A program made the translations under genes and the position numbers. Source: Chitinophagales bacterium (GTDB lineage Bacteria > Bacteroidota > Bacteroidia > Chitinophagales > Saprospiraceae). From it: a stretch of DNA of 46,847 bases. Positions 37,173 to 46,811 of this stretch are shown piece by piece. Below the pieces are notes generated by a model. The model searched no databases. It saw only the letters and a program-made list of their open reading frames with translations, and was not told the origin of the DNA. The stretch is taken from contig JBBREG010000001.1 in the NCBI GenBank assembly GCA_038203125.1, positions 1-46,847 on the forward strand, in the 5' to 3' direction. Position 1 is the first letter of the stretch. Each line of letters starts with the position of its first letter.

Positions 37173-38501
37173 ATGAATGAATTGAGGACGTTGTGTTGGG
37201 GATTTCTATTTAGCATTTTAAGTACTGTATGTATTCAGTCGGTGCACGCACAGGATGTAAAACCTTCCATTCGGGGTGATCTGAATAAAATTTGGGCAGA
37301 ACTGAACCTCGAACCCTATTATCATATCGGTCTCTCGATCTATGATTACGAAAAACAAAAATTTGTATTTCAACACCGGGATGATAATTATTTTACACCA
37401 GCCTCTAATATGAAACTGGTCACGATGTGGACTTCTCTCCAATATCTCGACACAGATATCGCAGCAGGATATTATATCACAAAAAATGATTCCATCATCA
37501 TCTGGGGTGGGGGAGATCCCGGTTCGTATTATCCGGAGATCACAGGTAACGCACCGCTCGCTGATTTTATTCGGACGACTGACAAAAAAGTATTTTTTGC
37601 TGATGATCATTTTACCACAACACGCTTTGGAAGCGGATGGGCATGGGATGATTTTAAAGATTCCTACCAGGCGGAACGAAATGCATTTCCGATCTATGGG
37701 AATCAACTATGGATACATCGTCACCAGGATAGTGCAGTAATCACGCCACCCTATTTCGAGTTTGTCACAAATGTTATTGAAGGTGCAATCGATACCATCT
37801 ATCGGGATGAATGGGGAATAGCCTACACCTATATCTACTCTGACTACTTTCCTGAAGAAGAGGTGAATATTCCGGTATCACTATATGAGAAAGATGTGAA
37901 ATTTATTTGGGAGGAAGCAACAGGGAAAGAGATCCAATTTATCAATCGTCGTTTTGTCAAAAATGCTGTACGGATTCCCGGCACCCCATTAGACTCCATG
38001 ATCCTTCCGATGATGTTGGAGAGCGATAATTTCATCGCCGAACAATTACTCCTGGCCAGTGCCTTCCGTCAGACAGGTGAAATGAATGAGAAAAAATTTA
38101 TTGAGCTTCTCATGAAAGGTGCTCTGGCAGGGTTGCCGGATAAAATTCAATGGGTTGATGGTTCAGGCTTATCGAGGTATAACCTCGTGACACCACGATC
38201 CTGCATATGGTTTATTGATCAGATCATTAAAAAGAAGGGCCTCGAATATGTCAAACTGATGTTGCCGGCAGGTGGTGCCACCGGTTCTTTGGTCGATCGC
38301 TATAAAGGTCGAAATGGCATTCCCTATTTATATGCAAAAACCGGTTCACTCAAAAACAATCATTGCCTCAGCGGATTGCTGATCACCAAATCAGGAAAAG
38401 TGCTTTTGTTTTCATGGATGAATAATCAGTTTACGGCACCATCCCGTGTCATCAAGGACAACATGGAAAAAATATTTATCTGGTTACGTGATAATTATTG
38501 A
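37173..38501 (+). CDS. dacB: D-alanyl-D-alanine carboxypeptidase/endopeptidase, PBP4 (S13) family
   Basis: Active-site triad of motifs: PASNMK (SxxK), SDN and KTGS. Signal peptide MNELRTLCWGFLFSILSTVCIQSVHA|Q from ATG 37173. The track start at 37149 overlaps the previous gene and is not needed. Confidence 0.85.
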   Translation: MNELRTLCWGFLFSILSTVCIQSVHAQDVKPSIRGDLNKIWAELNLEPYYHIGLSIYDYEKQKFVFQHRDDNYFTPASNMKLVTMWTSLQYLDTDIAAGYYITKNDSIIIWGGGDPGSYYPEITGNAPLADFIRTTDKKVFFADDHFTTTRFGSGWAWDDFKDSYQAERNAFPIYGNQLWIHRHQDSAVITPPYFEFVTNVIEGAIDTIYRDEWGIAYTYIYSDYFPEEEVNIPVSLYEKDVKFIWEEATGKEIQFINRRFVKNAVRIPGTPLDSMILPMMLESDNFIAEQLLLASAFRQTGEMNEKKFIELLMKGALAGLPDKIQWVDGSGLSRYNLVTPRSCIWFIDQIIKKKGLEYVKLMLPAGGATGSLVDRYKGRNGIPYLYAKTGSLKNNHCLSGLLITKSGKVLLFSWMNNQFTAPSRVIKDNMEKIFIWLRDNY

Positions 38502-38524
38502 TCTGACCGTTTCATCTTTACTTT

Positions 38525-39742
38525 ATGATTGACCGCCGCCATGCTGATGCACTTTTGTCGTATGCATCTTCTTTTGGAGTTCCCCTCTTCGTCTACGACG
38601 CTGGGACGATCTCTCGCCAGGTGACAGCTTTAAAAACAGCATTCCAGGGTACAGCACTGGATATTAGATATGCCAGCAAGGCGCTGAATACGATTGCGAT
38701 ATTGCGACATATTTATGTTGAAGGTTGTGGTATTGATTCTGTCTCTCCGGGTGAAATGACGATGGCATTGCAGGCAGGTGTTCCACCATCGAGGATCTCC
38801 TTTACCCCCAGTGGCGTAATATATGAGGAATATGAGTTTGCTATTAAACACGGTATTCATATTCATGTTGATCAGCTTCATGTGCTTGAGTGGTTGCATC
38901 AGCATTACCCGGACACGGAAGTTACCTTGAGATTTAATCCGGGTGTTCGGGCAGGTGGACATGAAAAATTGCAGGTCGGTTCCGATGGTTCTAAATTTGG
39001 TTTTCTCCGTTCACAGGTAGAAGAAGTGTATGAGATGACCACCCGTTTGTCCATTCGGGTTGCAGGTGTTCATATGCACCTCGGATCAGATATTAGCGAT
39101 TCGGCAAGTTTTGATAAAGCATATGATTACCTGCTGGCAATCGCAATGAAATGGAAAGAATCCATCGGGCATGTCGACCTTGGTGGAGGATTTAAAATAC
39201 CTTACCATCCCGAAGATCATTCCATTGACATCCTGTCTTTCGGATCGAAAGTAAGTCAGCGCTTTCATGCCTTTTGCCGTGAATTGGGAAGGGATATTAA
39301 ACTCATCCTGGAACCCGGCAAGTTTCTCGTCAGTGAAGCGGGAGTCCTCCTGATGCAGGTCACAGGTATTCGTAAAACAGACGATTCCAGCATGGTATAT
39401 GTCCAGTCCGGATTTAATCATTTTCTCCGGCCCATGAATTATGGTGCCTATCATCACATTGTCAACATATCAAATCCGGATGGAGACATCAACGAGTATG
39501 ATGTCGTTGGGTACTTATGCGAGACCGATACATTTGCGTATAAGCGTCCATTGAATGAAGTGCGTCAGGGAGATATCTTATGTCTCTTCAATGCAGGCGC
39601 TTATGGATATACGATGTCATCCCACTATAATGGACGACCCAAACCTGCGGAAATATTAATTCAGGATGGCCAGGCCAAACTCATTCGTCGAGCAGAGACG
39701 CTCACAGATATACTCAGAACTGATCTGGGAGTGAATTCCTGA
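38525..39742 (+). CDS. lysA: diaminopimelate decarboxylase
   Basis: PLP-lysine region YASKALN, HMHLGS, LGGGF, EPGKFLV and the C-terminal CETDTF...GAYGY.MSS.YNGRP. 405 aa. Confidence 0.93.
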   Translation: MIDRRHADALLSYASSFGVPLFVYDAGTISRQVTALKTAFQGTALDIRYASKALNTIAILRHIYVEGCGIDSVSPGEMTMALQAGVPPSRISFTPSGVIYEEYEFAIKHGIHIHVDQLHVLEWLHQHYPDTEVTLRFNPGVRAGGHEKLQVGSDGSKFGFLRSQVEEVYEMTTRLSIRVAGVHMHLGSDISDSASFDKAYDYLLAIAMKWKESIGHVDLGGGFKIPYHPEDHSIDILSFGSKVSQRFHAFCRELGRDIKLILEPGKFLVSEAGVLLMQVTGIRKTDDSSMVYVQSGFNHFLRPMNYGAYHHIVNISNPDGDINEYDVVGYLCETDTFAYKRPLNEVRQGDILCLFNAGAYGYTMSSHYNGRPKPAEILIQDGQAKLIRRAETLTDILRTDLGVNS

Positions 39743-39749
39743 ATAGTAT

Positions 39750-40814
39750 TTATCTGGTCATTCCGAGACCGGGCAGATCTGTTGGCCGGAGAAATCCATT
39801 GTCAAGCGTTACTATTCCAAAAAACGGATCATCTTCAATATCCAGCCAACTATCGAGGTCTGCGTGACTAATATTGGGACGTGCAAGGGCTACATGGAGA
39901 CCGGCAGCTATACCGAGACTGCATTCATCCATACATCCCATCATGCAGCGTACAGATGCAGATCTGGCACTTGAATTGATCTGCAATGCAGGTGTGATAC
40001 CTCCCACCTTCATGAGTTTTATGTTGAGATAATCTACTGCTTTACGACTCGTCAGGTCAAATGAATCTGAAAGCTTTTTAAGACTCTCATCAGCCATAAT
40101 CGGAACATTGCCTTCCTGTCGTAGAAAATGCCATTGATTTGTCAGATCAGAGGAAGTAGGTTGTTCAATCAACTCCAGGCCCTCCTGTTTAGTATTCCTG
40201 ATAAAATGGGCTGCTTCAATAAGGCTATAGCCCTGATTAGCATCAAATGTGATGGCAATATTGCGACCGGTCTGACGGCGCACCAACTCAATGATTCGTA
40301 TATCTCTTTCAACATCAATTCCCCCTTTTACTTTTATCGCCTTGATACCTTGCTCCAATAGTTTAGATGTTCGTTCCATGACATCAGCATCATTCATGAT
40401 CCCAATTGTTACACTTGTGACGATTTTCTCACGATATCCACCGAGGAACATATACAATGGAACACCCGCTTTCTGAGAAATGATATCATAAAGGGCAATT
40501 TCTACCATGGCGAGTGCAGATGCCTGGCCAGGAATCTGATCTCTTAACTCCTCGTACAATCTGCTATAGAAGAAAGGATTTTCTCCCTTCATGCAAGACT
40601 CAATATGATTTTTGTATGCTTTCATTACGGATGCAGCATCTTCTCCGGTGATGACTTTATCTGGTGCAGCGATACCCCAGCCTTTATAGCCATCATCTGT
40701 TTCCAGGGTTAGGAATACATTTTCGTAGCCTGCAATTGGCCCTTGGGAAGCAAAAGAAGAGCTTTCTTTTATTTTAAAACTTTCTACCCAGCAACTGGAG
40801 GATATAATTTTCAT
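39750..40814 (-). CDS. dipeptide epimerase (L-Ala-D/L-Glu epimerase-like), enolase superfamily MLE subgroup
   Basis: Catalytic and metal ligands fall in the expected order: KVKGG (KxK), FDANQG, IEQP and MADES. 354 aa. Confidence 0.85.
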   Translation of the reverse strand: MKIISSSCWVESFKIKESSSFASQGPIAGYENVFLTLETDDGYKGWGIAAPDKVITGEDAASVMKAYKNHIESCMKGENPFFYSRLYEELRDQIPGQASALAMVEIALYDIISQKAGVPLYMFLGGYREKIVTSVTIGIMNDADVMERTSKLLEQGIKAIKVKGGIDVERDIRIIELVRRQTGRNIAITFDANQGYSLIEAAHFIRNTKQEGLELIEQPTSSDLTNQWHFLRQEGNVPIMADESLKKLSDSFDLTSRKAVDYLNIKLMKVGGITPALQINSSARSASVRCMMGCMDECSLGIAAGLHVALARPNISHADLDSWLDIEDDPFFGIVTLDNGFLRPTDLPGLGMTR

Positions 40815-40829
40815 AACAAGAGTTGGGGT

Positions 40830-43800
40830 TTATTGAAATTGCTTTACACTGCTTTTTATTAAATGCACTTCCACAGGCCCCATATTATTGCCTGTGAGGA
40901 TCACTTCATTCCCTTTGGCCATTTGTAATAGTTCCAATTCACGCACTTCTTTATTCGCCCAGAAACCGTGCTCCGTGTTATGTATGTAAGTGAAGTTTCC
41001 ATCTGGTTGTTGAGTTAACAAGCAACCGTTGCCACCATCCATTTCACCGGTTTCGGTTTCTGAATAACTAAAATTACCTGCAAGAAGAATATCCTTTCTT
41101 CCGTCGCCATTAAAATCTCTGATCATGATGTCCATAACAGGACTCAATTGAACCTGGTATGGAAGTTCGCTCTGCACAAATTTCTTTTGGTCATTCTTTA
41201 GGTACACTGTATGAAATGAATTTGTTGTCAGCGTCAGGCTCTGATCCAGTTTTTCTTTGTCAAAAATATCCGTAATCTTAGCCCTTGCATAAACTGAATA
41301 TTTTATAAACTTTTTCTTTAGCATCGGAACCTGTGCAATCAAAGCATCTTTACCAGCATAAGGATAAAGACTACCATCAGCATAATAACACAAGACAGGG
41401 TCCTGTGACCCATTTCCATCGAAATCATTTGACACCAGAGTGATTGGATAGAGTGGGGATGTCTTCAACCGATGATTCAATCCCATATTGCCTGCGACAA
41501 TATCCAGATCACCATCTGCATCTATATCTTCCACTTGTATACATTTCCACCATCCGCTTAGTGTATTCAGGTCATAGGTGGTAGTCTGATTAACAAACTT
41601 ATTCCCATCAAAAGAAAAAGCCATTATAGACATCCATTCACCTGCAAGGACTATTTCGGCTCGTTGATCACCATCCAGATCACCCGCTTTGATATCTGTC
41701 ACCATTCCAATCTCTTCAAATTCCGGAAATACTTCTCTGGTCACATCCTGGAATTTTCCATTCGTATTCCGCAACAAAAAACTTTTAGGTGCCTTTGGAA
41801 AAGCTCCCGGCACGGATCTTCCTCCTATGAAAATGTCCACATCATTATCCTGATCATAGTCAAACGCCAAAACAGCTCCCGCATTCGTTTTAATAATCGG
41901 GAAATCTGAAGCAGTAGACAAGTTTCCTTTTCCATCATTCAGGTACAGGCGAGTCGTATAGTGCGGATCATTTATATCAAATGCATTGCCTCCTGATATC
42001 ACGAGTAAATCTGCATCACCATCCTGATCAAAATCCTGAATTACCGAACCACAATCTTCATATCCTGCATCTTTCTTTAACACCTCCGGAGCGAGCATGG
42101 TAAAGGATTCATTAGCATTCTGGAAAAAAACAATTCCAGCATGTCCATTTCCGCTTCCTACATAGATATCATCAAGTTTGTCTCCATTCAAATCACCTGT
42201 TGTCAAACATGGGCCTTCATGTGAAAGCATATATGGAATTAATTTTTCGCGTTTGAAATCAACAAATTCATTTTCACCGTGAACCCAGCCAGGAATGATT
42301 CCCAGACTTTCAAAACGTGGAGTAGGGGAAATGATTTTAGCTTTGACATACGATGACCCTCCTCCTCGTTTCCAATAGATGCGTTGATCTGCAGGAATGG
42401 ATCGCATGATTTCCTGCTGACCTCCGGGCCATGTCAATATGAGTGAATCAATTTTATTTTCCGTTCCTAATCCGAAGTGCAGGATGGGTTCCGAACAGGA
42501 CAAGAAAGATTTTGTCGTGCTCAGCAGCTGATACTGATGAACACCGCCTGCATAGAGATCTACAGCTGCGCCATGTCCGTCATGATTTCCAGGTTTATCG
42601 ATCAGGTCTATCTGTAACCAATGTTGTCCTTCAATATCATTACGATACAAAAAGGCTTGCTGATTAATATTATTGACCACCAAATCAAGATCTCCATCCA
42701 TATCCAGATCCGCATAGGCTGATCCATTGGAGAGTGAAGTTTGCCTGAGACCTGCTTTTTCTGTGTTATCAATAAAACGGAGTTTATGATTATTGACAAA
42801 GAAATAATTTGCCACTTTCGCCTGAGGCACCAGGTCAAGATGATTTCTAAAGTTCGCGAGATATTCTTCAACCTTATCAGTAGATTTCAATAATGAGTCC
42901 CTGGTAAAATTTACATAATCCAGATTGGTAACATCGCGGGCATAGCCATTGCCGATATATGCATCTTTCCATCCATCATTATCGAAGTCAGCCAGTAAGA
43001 TTCCCCAACTCCAGTCTGTTGCAGCCACACCGGCATATTCTCCAATCTCGCTGAACGTCTGATTTCCATTATTCAACTGCAACACATTGCGACCTACCTG
43101 CTTACCATAGCCGTATTGGTTTAATAGCTGGTATCTGTCATAGACCATGGCATGCATCAATTCTTTGTAACGGACAGGTTCAGGTGATTTCATATCCAAA
43201 ACCATAATGTCGATTAATCCATCATTGTTGATATCGGCGATATCTGTACCCATACTATTTAGCGAAGTATGCCGTATATATGAGTTGAACTGATCCGTGA
43301 ACGTACCGTTGCGGTTATTAATCAATACCTGGTCCGGCTCGACATAATCATTTGCCACATAGAGATCGATCCATCCGTCCTGGTTGAAGTCAGTTGCGAC
43401 AGCACCCAAGCCAAAAGCAGAGGATTGAATACCTGCCGCTACTGTCACATCAATAAATTTCCCGTTCTCATTTTTAAAGAGACGATCTGATTCATACGGC
43501 GTTTCAGGTGAGCGAATGCGGATAGCAGTATTATCTGTTTGCTGCTGTAGCCGTATTTGATTGGCATGATTAAAATCGTTCCTGTGATTTAACAGGAATA
43601 CGTCCATATCTCCGTCATTATCATAATCCAGCATGACGACTTGGGTAGTATTGCTATTGTCGGCTAAGCCTAAAATAGCGCCCTGGTCCTGGAAGTAAGG
43701 GATGTTTAGGCCATTATCATTTTTATTACCCTGATTGATAAATACAAAGTCATCTTTCAGGTGGTTATCCTCCTTGCTTGTCCTACAGCTATAAATATCT

Positions 43801-44210
43801 AATCTGCCATCTCCATTAATATCGCCAATGCTTACTCCTGTCTTGAATCCTGCATGAGCAGCCACTCCTGCAAGAGCAGTAACATCTCTAAATTTAAAAT
43901 TACCCTCATTGATATAGAGCTTATTTTCCTGAAAACTGGATATAAAGTAGATATCGGGCAACGTGTCTCCATTTAAATCACCAACTGCGACACCAGCACC
44001 GTTATAGAGATATTCATAGGTAAAAAAATTATAAATGCTGTCTTCTACAATGGCATTCATAAAGGTTACGCCGGTCTGTTCGCCATCCATCAAAGTAAAT
44101 GTCACACTTGACTGAAAATCACTTTCCGGGCCCGGATCCTGGATTTCAGATTTACGTGATTTTTGGCAGGCCAATACCAAAATGAAAACAATGAACACCT
44201 GAATCTTCAT
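40830..44210 (-). CDS. CRTAC1-like FG-GAP/VCBS-repeat lipoprotein with ASPIC/UnbV-type region
   Basis: Lipoprotein signal MKIQVFIVFILVLAC. More than ten repeats of the D.NGDG..D(I/L)(Y/F/V) calcium-binding FG-GAP signature (e.g. GDLNGDTLPDIY, GDINGDGRLDIY, DYDNDGDMDVF, DLDMDGDLDLVV). A central UnbV/ASPIC-like segment (HWLQIDL....N..G.GA.V.LY..G..Q). Confidence 0.85.
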   Translation of the reverse strand: MKIQVFIVFILVLACQKSRKSEIQDPGPESDFQSSVTFTLMDGEQTGVTFMNAIVEDSIYNFFTYEYLYNGAGVAVGDLNGDTLPDIYFISSFQENKLYINEGNFKFRDVTALAGVAAHAGFKTGVSIGDINGDGRLDIYSCRTSKEDNHLKDDFVFINQGNKNDNGLNIPYFQDQGAILGLADNSNTTQVVMLDYDNDGDMDVFLLNHRNDFNHANQIRLQQQTDNTAIRIRSPETPYESDRLFKNENGKFIDVTVAAGIQSSAFGLGAVATDFNQDGWIDLYVANDYVEPDQVLINNRNGTFTDQFNSYIRHTSLNSMGTDIADINNDGLIDIMVLDMKSPEPVRYKELMHAMVYDRYQLLNQYGYGKQVGRNVLQLNNGNQTFSEIGEYAGVAATDWSWGILLADFDNDGWKDAYIGNGYARDVTNLDYVNFTRDSLLKSTDKVEEYLANFRNHLDLVPQAKVANYFFVNNHKLRFIDNTEKAGLRQTSLSNGSAYADLDMDGDLDLVVNNINQQAFLYRNDIEGQHWLQIDLIDKPGNHDGHGAAVDLYAGGVHQYQLLSTTKSFLSCSEPILHFGLGTENKIDSLILTWPGGQQEIMRSIPADQRIYWKRGGGSSYVKAKIISPTPRFESLGIIPGWVHGENEFVDFKREKLIPYMLSHEGPCLTTGDLNGDKLDDIYVGSGNGHAGIVFFQNANESFTMLAPEVLKKDAGYEDCGSVIQDFDQDGDADLLVISGGNAFDINDPHYTTRLYLNDGKGNLSTASDFPIIKTNAGAVLAFDYDQDNDVDIFIGGRSVPGAFPKAPKSFLLRNTNGKFQDVTREVFPEFEEIGMVTDIKAGDLDGDQRAEIVLAGEWMSIMAFSFDGNKFVNQTTTYDLNTLSGWWKCIQVEDIDADGDLDIVAGNMGLNHRLKTSPLYPITLVSNDFDGNGSQDPVLCYYADGSLYPYAGKDALIAQVPMLKKKFIKYSVYARAKITDIFDKEKLDQSLTLTTNSFHTVYLKNDQKKFVQSELPYQVQLSPVMDIMIRDFNGDGRKDILLAGNFSYSETETGEMDGGNGCLLTQQPDGNFTYIHNTEHGFWANKEVRELELLQMAKGNEVILTGNNMGPVEVHLIKSSVKQFQ

Positions 44211-44342
44211 ATATACTTACATGAGGGTTGAAAATCCCTGGTTATTAAACAAAGGGTAAATATACAATCTTGCGGTAGGCCCACCTTCCCTGGAAGTGCT
44301 GAAAATTCCGATCTTAGCCGCCAGCAAAAGATATCTCAACCA

Positions 44343-45200
44343 ATGAAATCATTTCTGTTAATGGATGTCCCGGACTTTTCATCCCCACAAGTCTGGATCA
44401 GCCTGCTTACGCTTACATTCCTGGAAATTGTCCTGGGGGTTGATAACATTATCTTTATTACGATCGCCTCCAACAGATTATCGGAGGATTTAAAGCCGAA
44501 AGCGCGAAACATCGGTCTCATCCTTGCCATGGTTTTCAGGATTATTCTGCTTTTCGGGATTAGTTACCTCATAGCTATGTCAAAACCAATTATTATTGGT
44601 CAAGGCAGCTTCTTTTCGTTTGGATTAAGCGGACAATCGATCATACTTATGCTTGGGGGGATGTTTCTGCTGTATAAAAGTGTTACAGAAATCCATCACA
44701 AACTGGAGGGTAATGGCGTGGAGGAGTCATTAAAACAGGATAATTTAAAAAACTCCCTGTTCAGGGTTATTATACAAATCAGCCTGATCAATATTATATT
44801 CTCCTTTGATTCAATCCTCACGGCCGTAGGACTCACGGACAATATCATGATCATGATGATATCAGTAATTATATCCGTATTAATCATGATGTTATTTGCC
44901 GGTCCGGTAGGTAAATTTGTGAACGATCACCCGACGATTCAAATGCTGGGACTTGCGTTTCTGATATTGATTGGATTTATGTTGATTGCCGAAGGTGCCC
45001 ACCTGGGTCATGTCTCCATTGCAGGTGGAGAGATTGGAGTAGTGCCCAAAGGATATTTGTATTTCGCAATTGCATTTTCATTACTTGTTGAGTTTCTCAA
45101 CATGCGTTTACGTAAAAAACCAAAACCTGTACAGCTTCATGGTATTGGCGAACAGGCAGCAGCTGAAGGAGTCTTCACCCATAAAACACCCCAACATTGA
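44343..45200 (+). CDS. TerC-family integral membrane protein
   Basis: LEIVLGVDNIIFI and SFDSILTAVGL (the duplicated TerC DN/DS motifs), about 7 TM segments. Confidence 0.85.
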   Translation: MKSFLLMDVPDFSSPQVWISLLTLTFLEIVLGVDNIIFITIASNRLSEDLKPKARNIGLILAMVFRIILLFGISYLIAMSKPIIIGQGSFFSFGLSGQSIILMLGGMFLLYKSVTEIHHKLEGNGVEESLKQDNLKNSLFRVIIQISLINIIFSFDSILTAVGLTDNIMIMMISVIISVLIMMLFAGPVGKFVNDHPTIQMLGLAFLILIGFMLIAEGAHLGHVSIAGGEIGVVPKGYLYFAIAFSLLVEFLNMRLRKKPKPVQLHGIGEQAAAEGVFTHKTPQH

Positions 45201-46018
45201 ACCTGAAACTGGATCGTAACCTTATTTTTTTTGATATTGAATCCACAGGATTAAATGTCATCAGAGATCGTATCATTCAACTGGCGATGATCCGGTATCA
45301 TAAAGATGGCTCTCCACCGGAAGAAAAAATGTTCCTCATTAATCCGGGTATTCCGATATCTGCAGAAGCGATGGCTGTGCATGGAATCACTCCCCAGGAT
45401 GTTGCAAATAAGCCATCCTTCAGACTGGTCGCAAAAGAAATTTATGACTTCATTGGTGATGCGGATCTTGCAGGATACAATAGTAACCGATTTGATATCC
45501 CTGTATTAATGGAAGAATTTGCAAGGGTAGGGTTTGATTTTGATATGGATCACAGGAGATCTGTAGATGTGCAGCGTATTTTTTATAAAATGGAGCCGCG
45601 TACGTTATCAGCTGCATACCAGTTTTATTGCCAGAAGAGCATTCAGAATGCGCATGACGCTATGGAAGATGTCCGGGCAACCATTGCGGTCCTTGATGGT
45701 CAGCTACGAAAATATGAAGAGGTAGATTTCATTCCAGAAGAAGGTGAGGTCATACCAACACCCATTCGAAATGAGGTGGCCCAGCTGGATGCATTTACCA
45801 ATGATCAGCACATTATAGATGCTACACAACGTTTGAAATACGATCACAATGGAATTGTCGTTTTTAATTTTGGAAAATATATCGGTCAGCCAGCGGCCGA
45901 AGTATTGTACAATGATCAACAGTACTACCACTGGATGCTGAACAAAGAATTTTCTCACCAGGTCAAAAAAATCATTCAGCGACTTGTATCAGATTATAAA
46001 AAACAACTCCAAACCTGA
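45197..46018 (+). CDS. DEDDh 3'-5' exonuclease (DnaQ/epsilon-like) with C-terminal extension
   Basis: ExoI FFDIESTGL, ExoII GYNSNRFDIPVL and ExoIII HDAMEDV. The only in-frame start upstream of ExoI is TTG 45197, which overlaps the terC stop by 4 nt (TTGA). Confidence 0.8.
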   Translation: MNLKLDRNLIFFDIESTGLNVIRDRIIQLAMIRYHKDGSPPEEKMFLINPGIPISAEAMAVHGITPQDVANKPSFRLVAKEIYDFIGDADLAGYNSNRFDIPVLMEEFARVGFDFDMDHRRSVDVQRIFYKMEPRTLSAAYQFYCQKSIQNAHDAMEDVRATIAVLDGQLRKYEEVDFIPEEGEVIPTPIRNEVAQLDAFTNDQHIIDATQRLKYDHNGIVVFNFGKYIGQPAAEVLYNDQQYYHWMLNKEFSHQVKKIIQRLVSDYKKQLQT

Positions 46019-46811
46019 TTTCCATAGGTCGTCTCTCACGTTTCTGACCCTGGTAGCAGGTCTCTTGCTCCTTACAGGATGCGTGACTCGTGAGCGCGGA
46101 TGTCTGGATATCGCGGCATCCAATTTTGATTTAGATGCCGACCAAGCCTGTGATGATTGTTGTGTATATCCGGTGGCAACACTTACTCTTACCCAACAAT
46201 ATGATGGTTTTAATTTTAGAATATCGGATACACTATATGATACGAATGGCTCACCATATAAGATCCGGGACATGAAATATATACTGTCCTCTTGGTCATG
46301 GACAGATGATCATCAAAGGTACACTGTGGATAGTGTCGGGTTTACCTGCGCAACAGGCGAAGTCGTAATACCATCGGATATTTTGCTGATAGATACCAGG
46401 CAATTCGTATACACCATAGGTTCGTTCCGCCTTTTCCCCGAAATAGACTCGGTCTTTTTAACCATTGGCTTTCCTCAAGCCCTGGAATGCGTTGATCCGT
46501 TCAATGATTCCACCCAGGTAATATTGTCAAATCAAAGTGCTTTATGGGATTCCGTAAATATGAGTCGCGCTGCAGTGCGCATGATCGTGCAAAGAGATCT
46601 TACCATGGAAGTATTCGATACATTATTTGTACACATGAACGAGGACATTGGATTACTCTATTCATATCAGTTTGTCCCCGGATTTGATCCGAAGATAAGA
46701 TTGACTGTTGATTATACCCTCTGGTTTTCTGATGTGGATATTACCGATCTTACGACTTTTATAACTTCTGTCCGTACGCATGCGCCGATGAGCTTTAGCC
46801 GGACACCCTGA
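45984..46811 (+). CDS. hypothetical lipoprotein with N-terminal Cys-rich motif
   Basis: Lipobox LLLLTGC preceded by a basic n-region. Coding-like composition across 275 codons. There is no ATG, so the start is a putative TTG at 45984 that overlaps the exonuclease gene by 35 nt. The start is uncertain. Confidence 0.55.
   Translation: MYQIIKNNSKPDFHRSSLTFLTLVAGLLLLTGCVTRERGCLDIAASNFDLDADQACDDCCVYPVATLTLTQQYDGFNFRISDTLYDTNGSPYKIRDMKYILSSWSWTDDHQRYTVDSVGFTCATGEVVIPSDILLIDTRQFVYTIGSFRLFPEIDSVFLTIGFPQALECVDPFNDSTQVILSNQSALWDSVNMSRAAVRMIVQRDLTMEVFDTLFVHMNEDIGLLYSYQFVPGFDPKIRLTVDYTLWFSDVDITDLTTFITSVRTHAPMSFSRTP

Noticed and set aside
44211-44342. Possible yybP-ykoY (Mn2+) or other riboswitch upstream of the TerC-family gene.
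   Set aside because: TerC genes are often riboswitch-controlled, but I could not find the conserved GGGGAGUAG or paired four-way-junction elements. I saw only short, weak hairpins. A covariance-model (Rfam/Infernal) scan would settle this.
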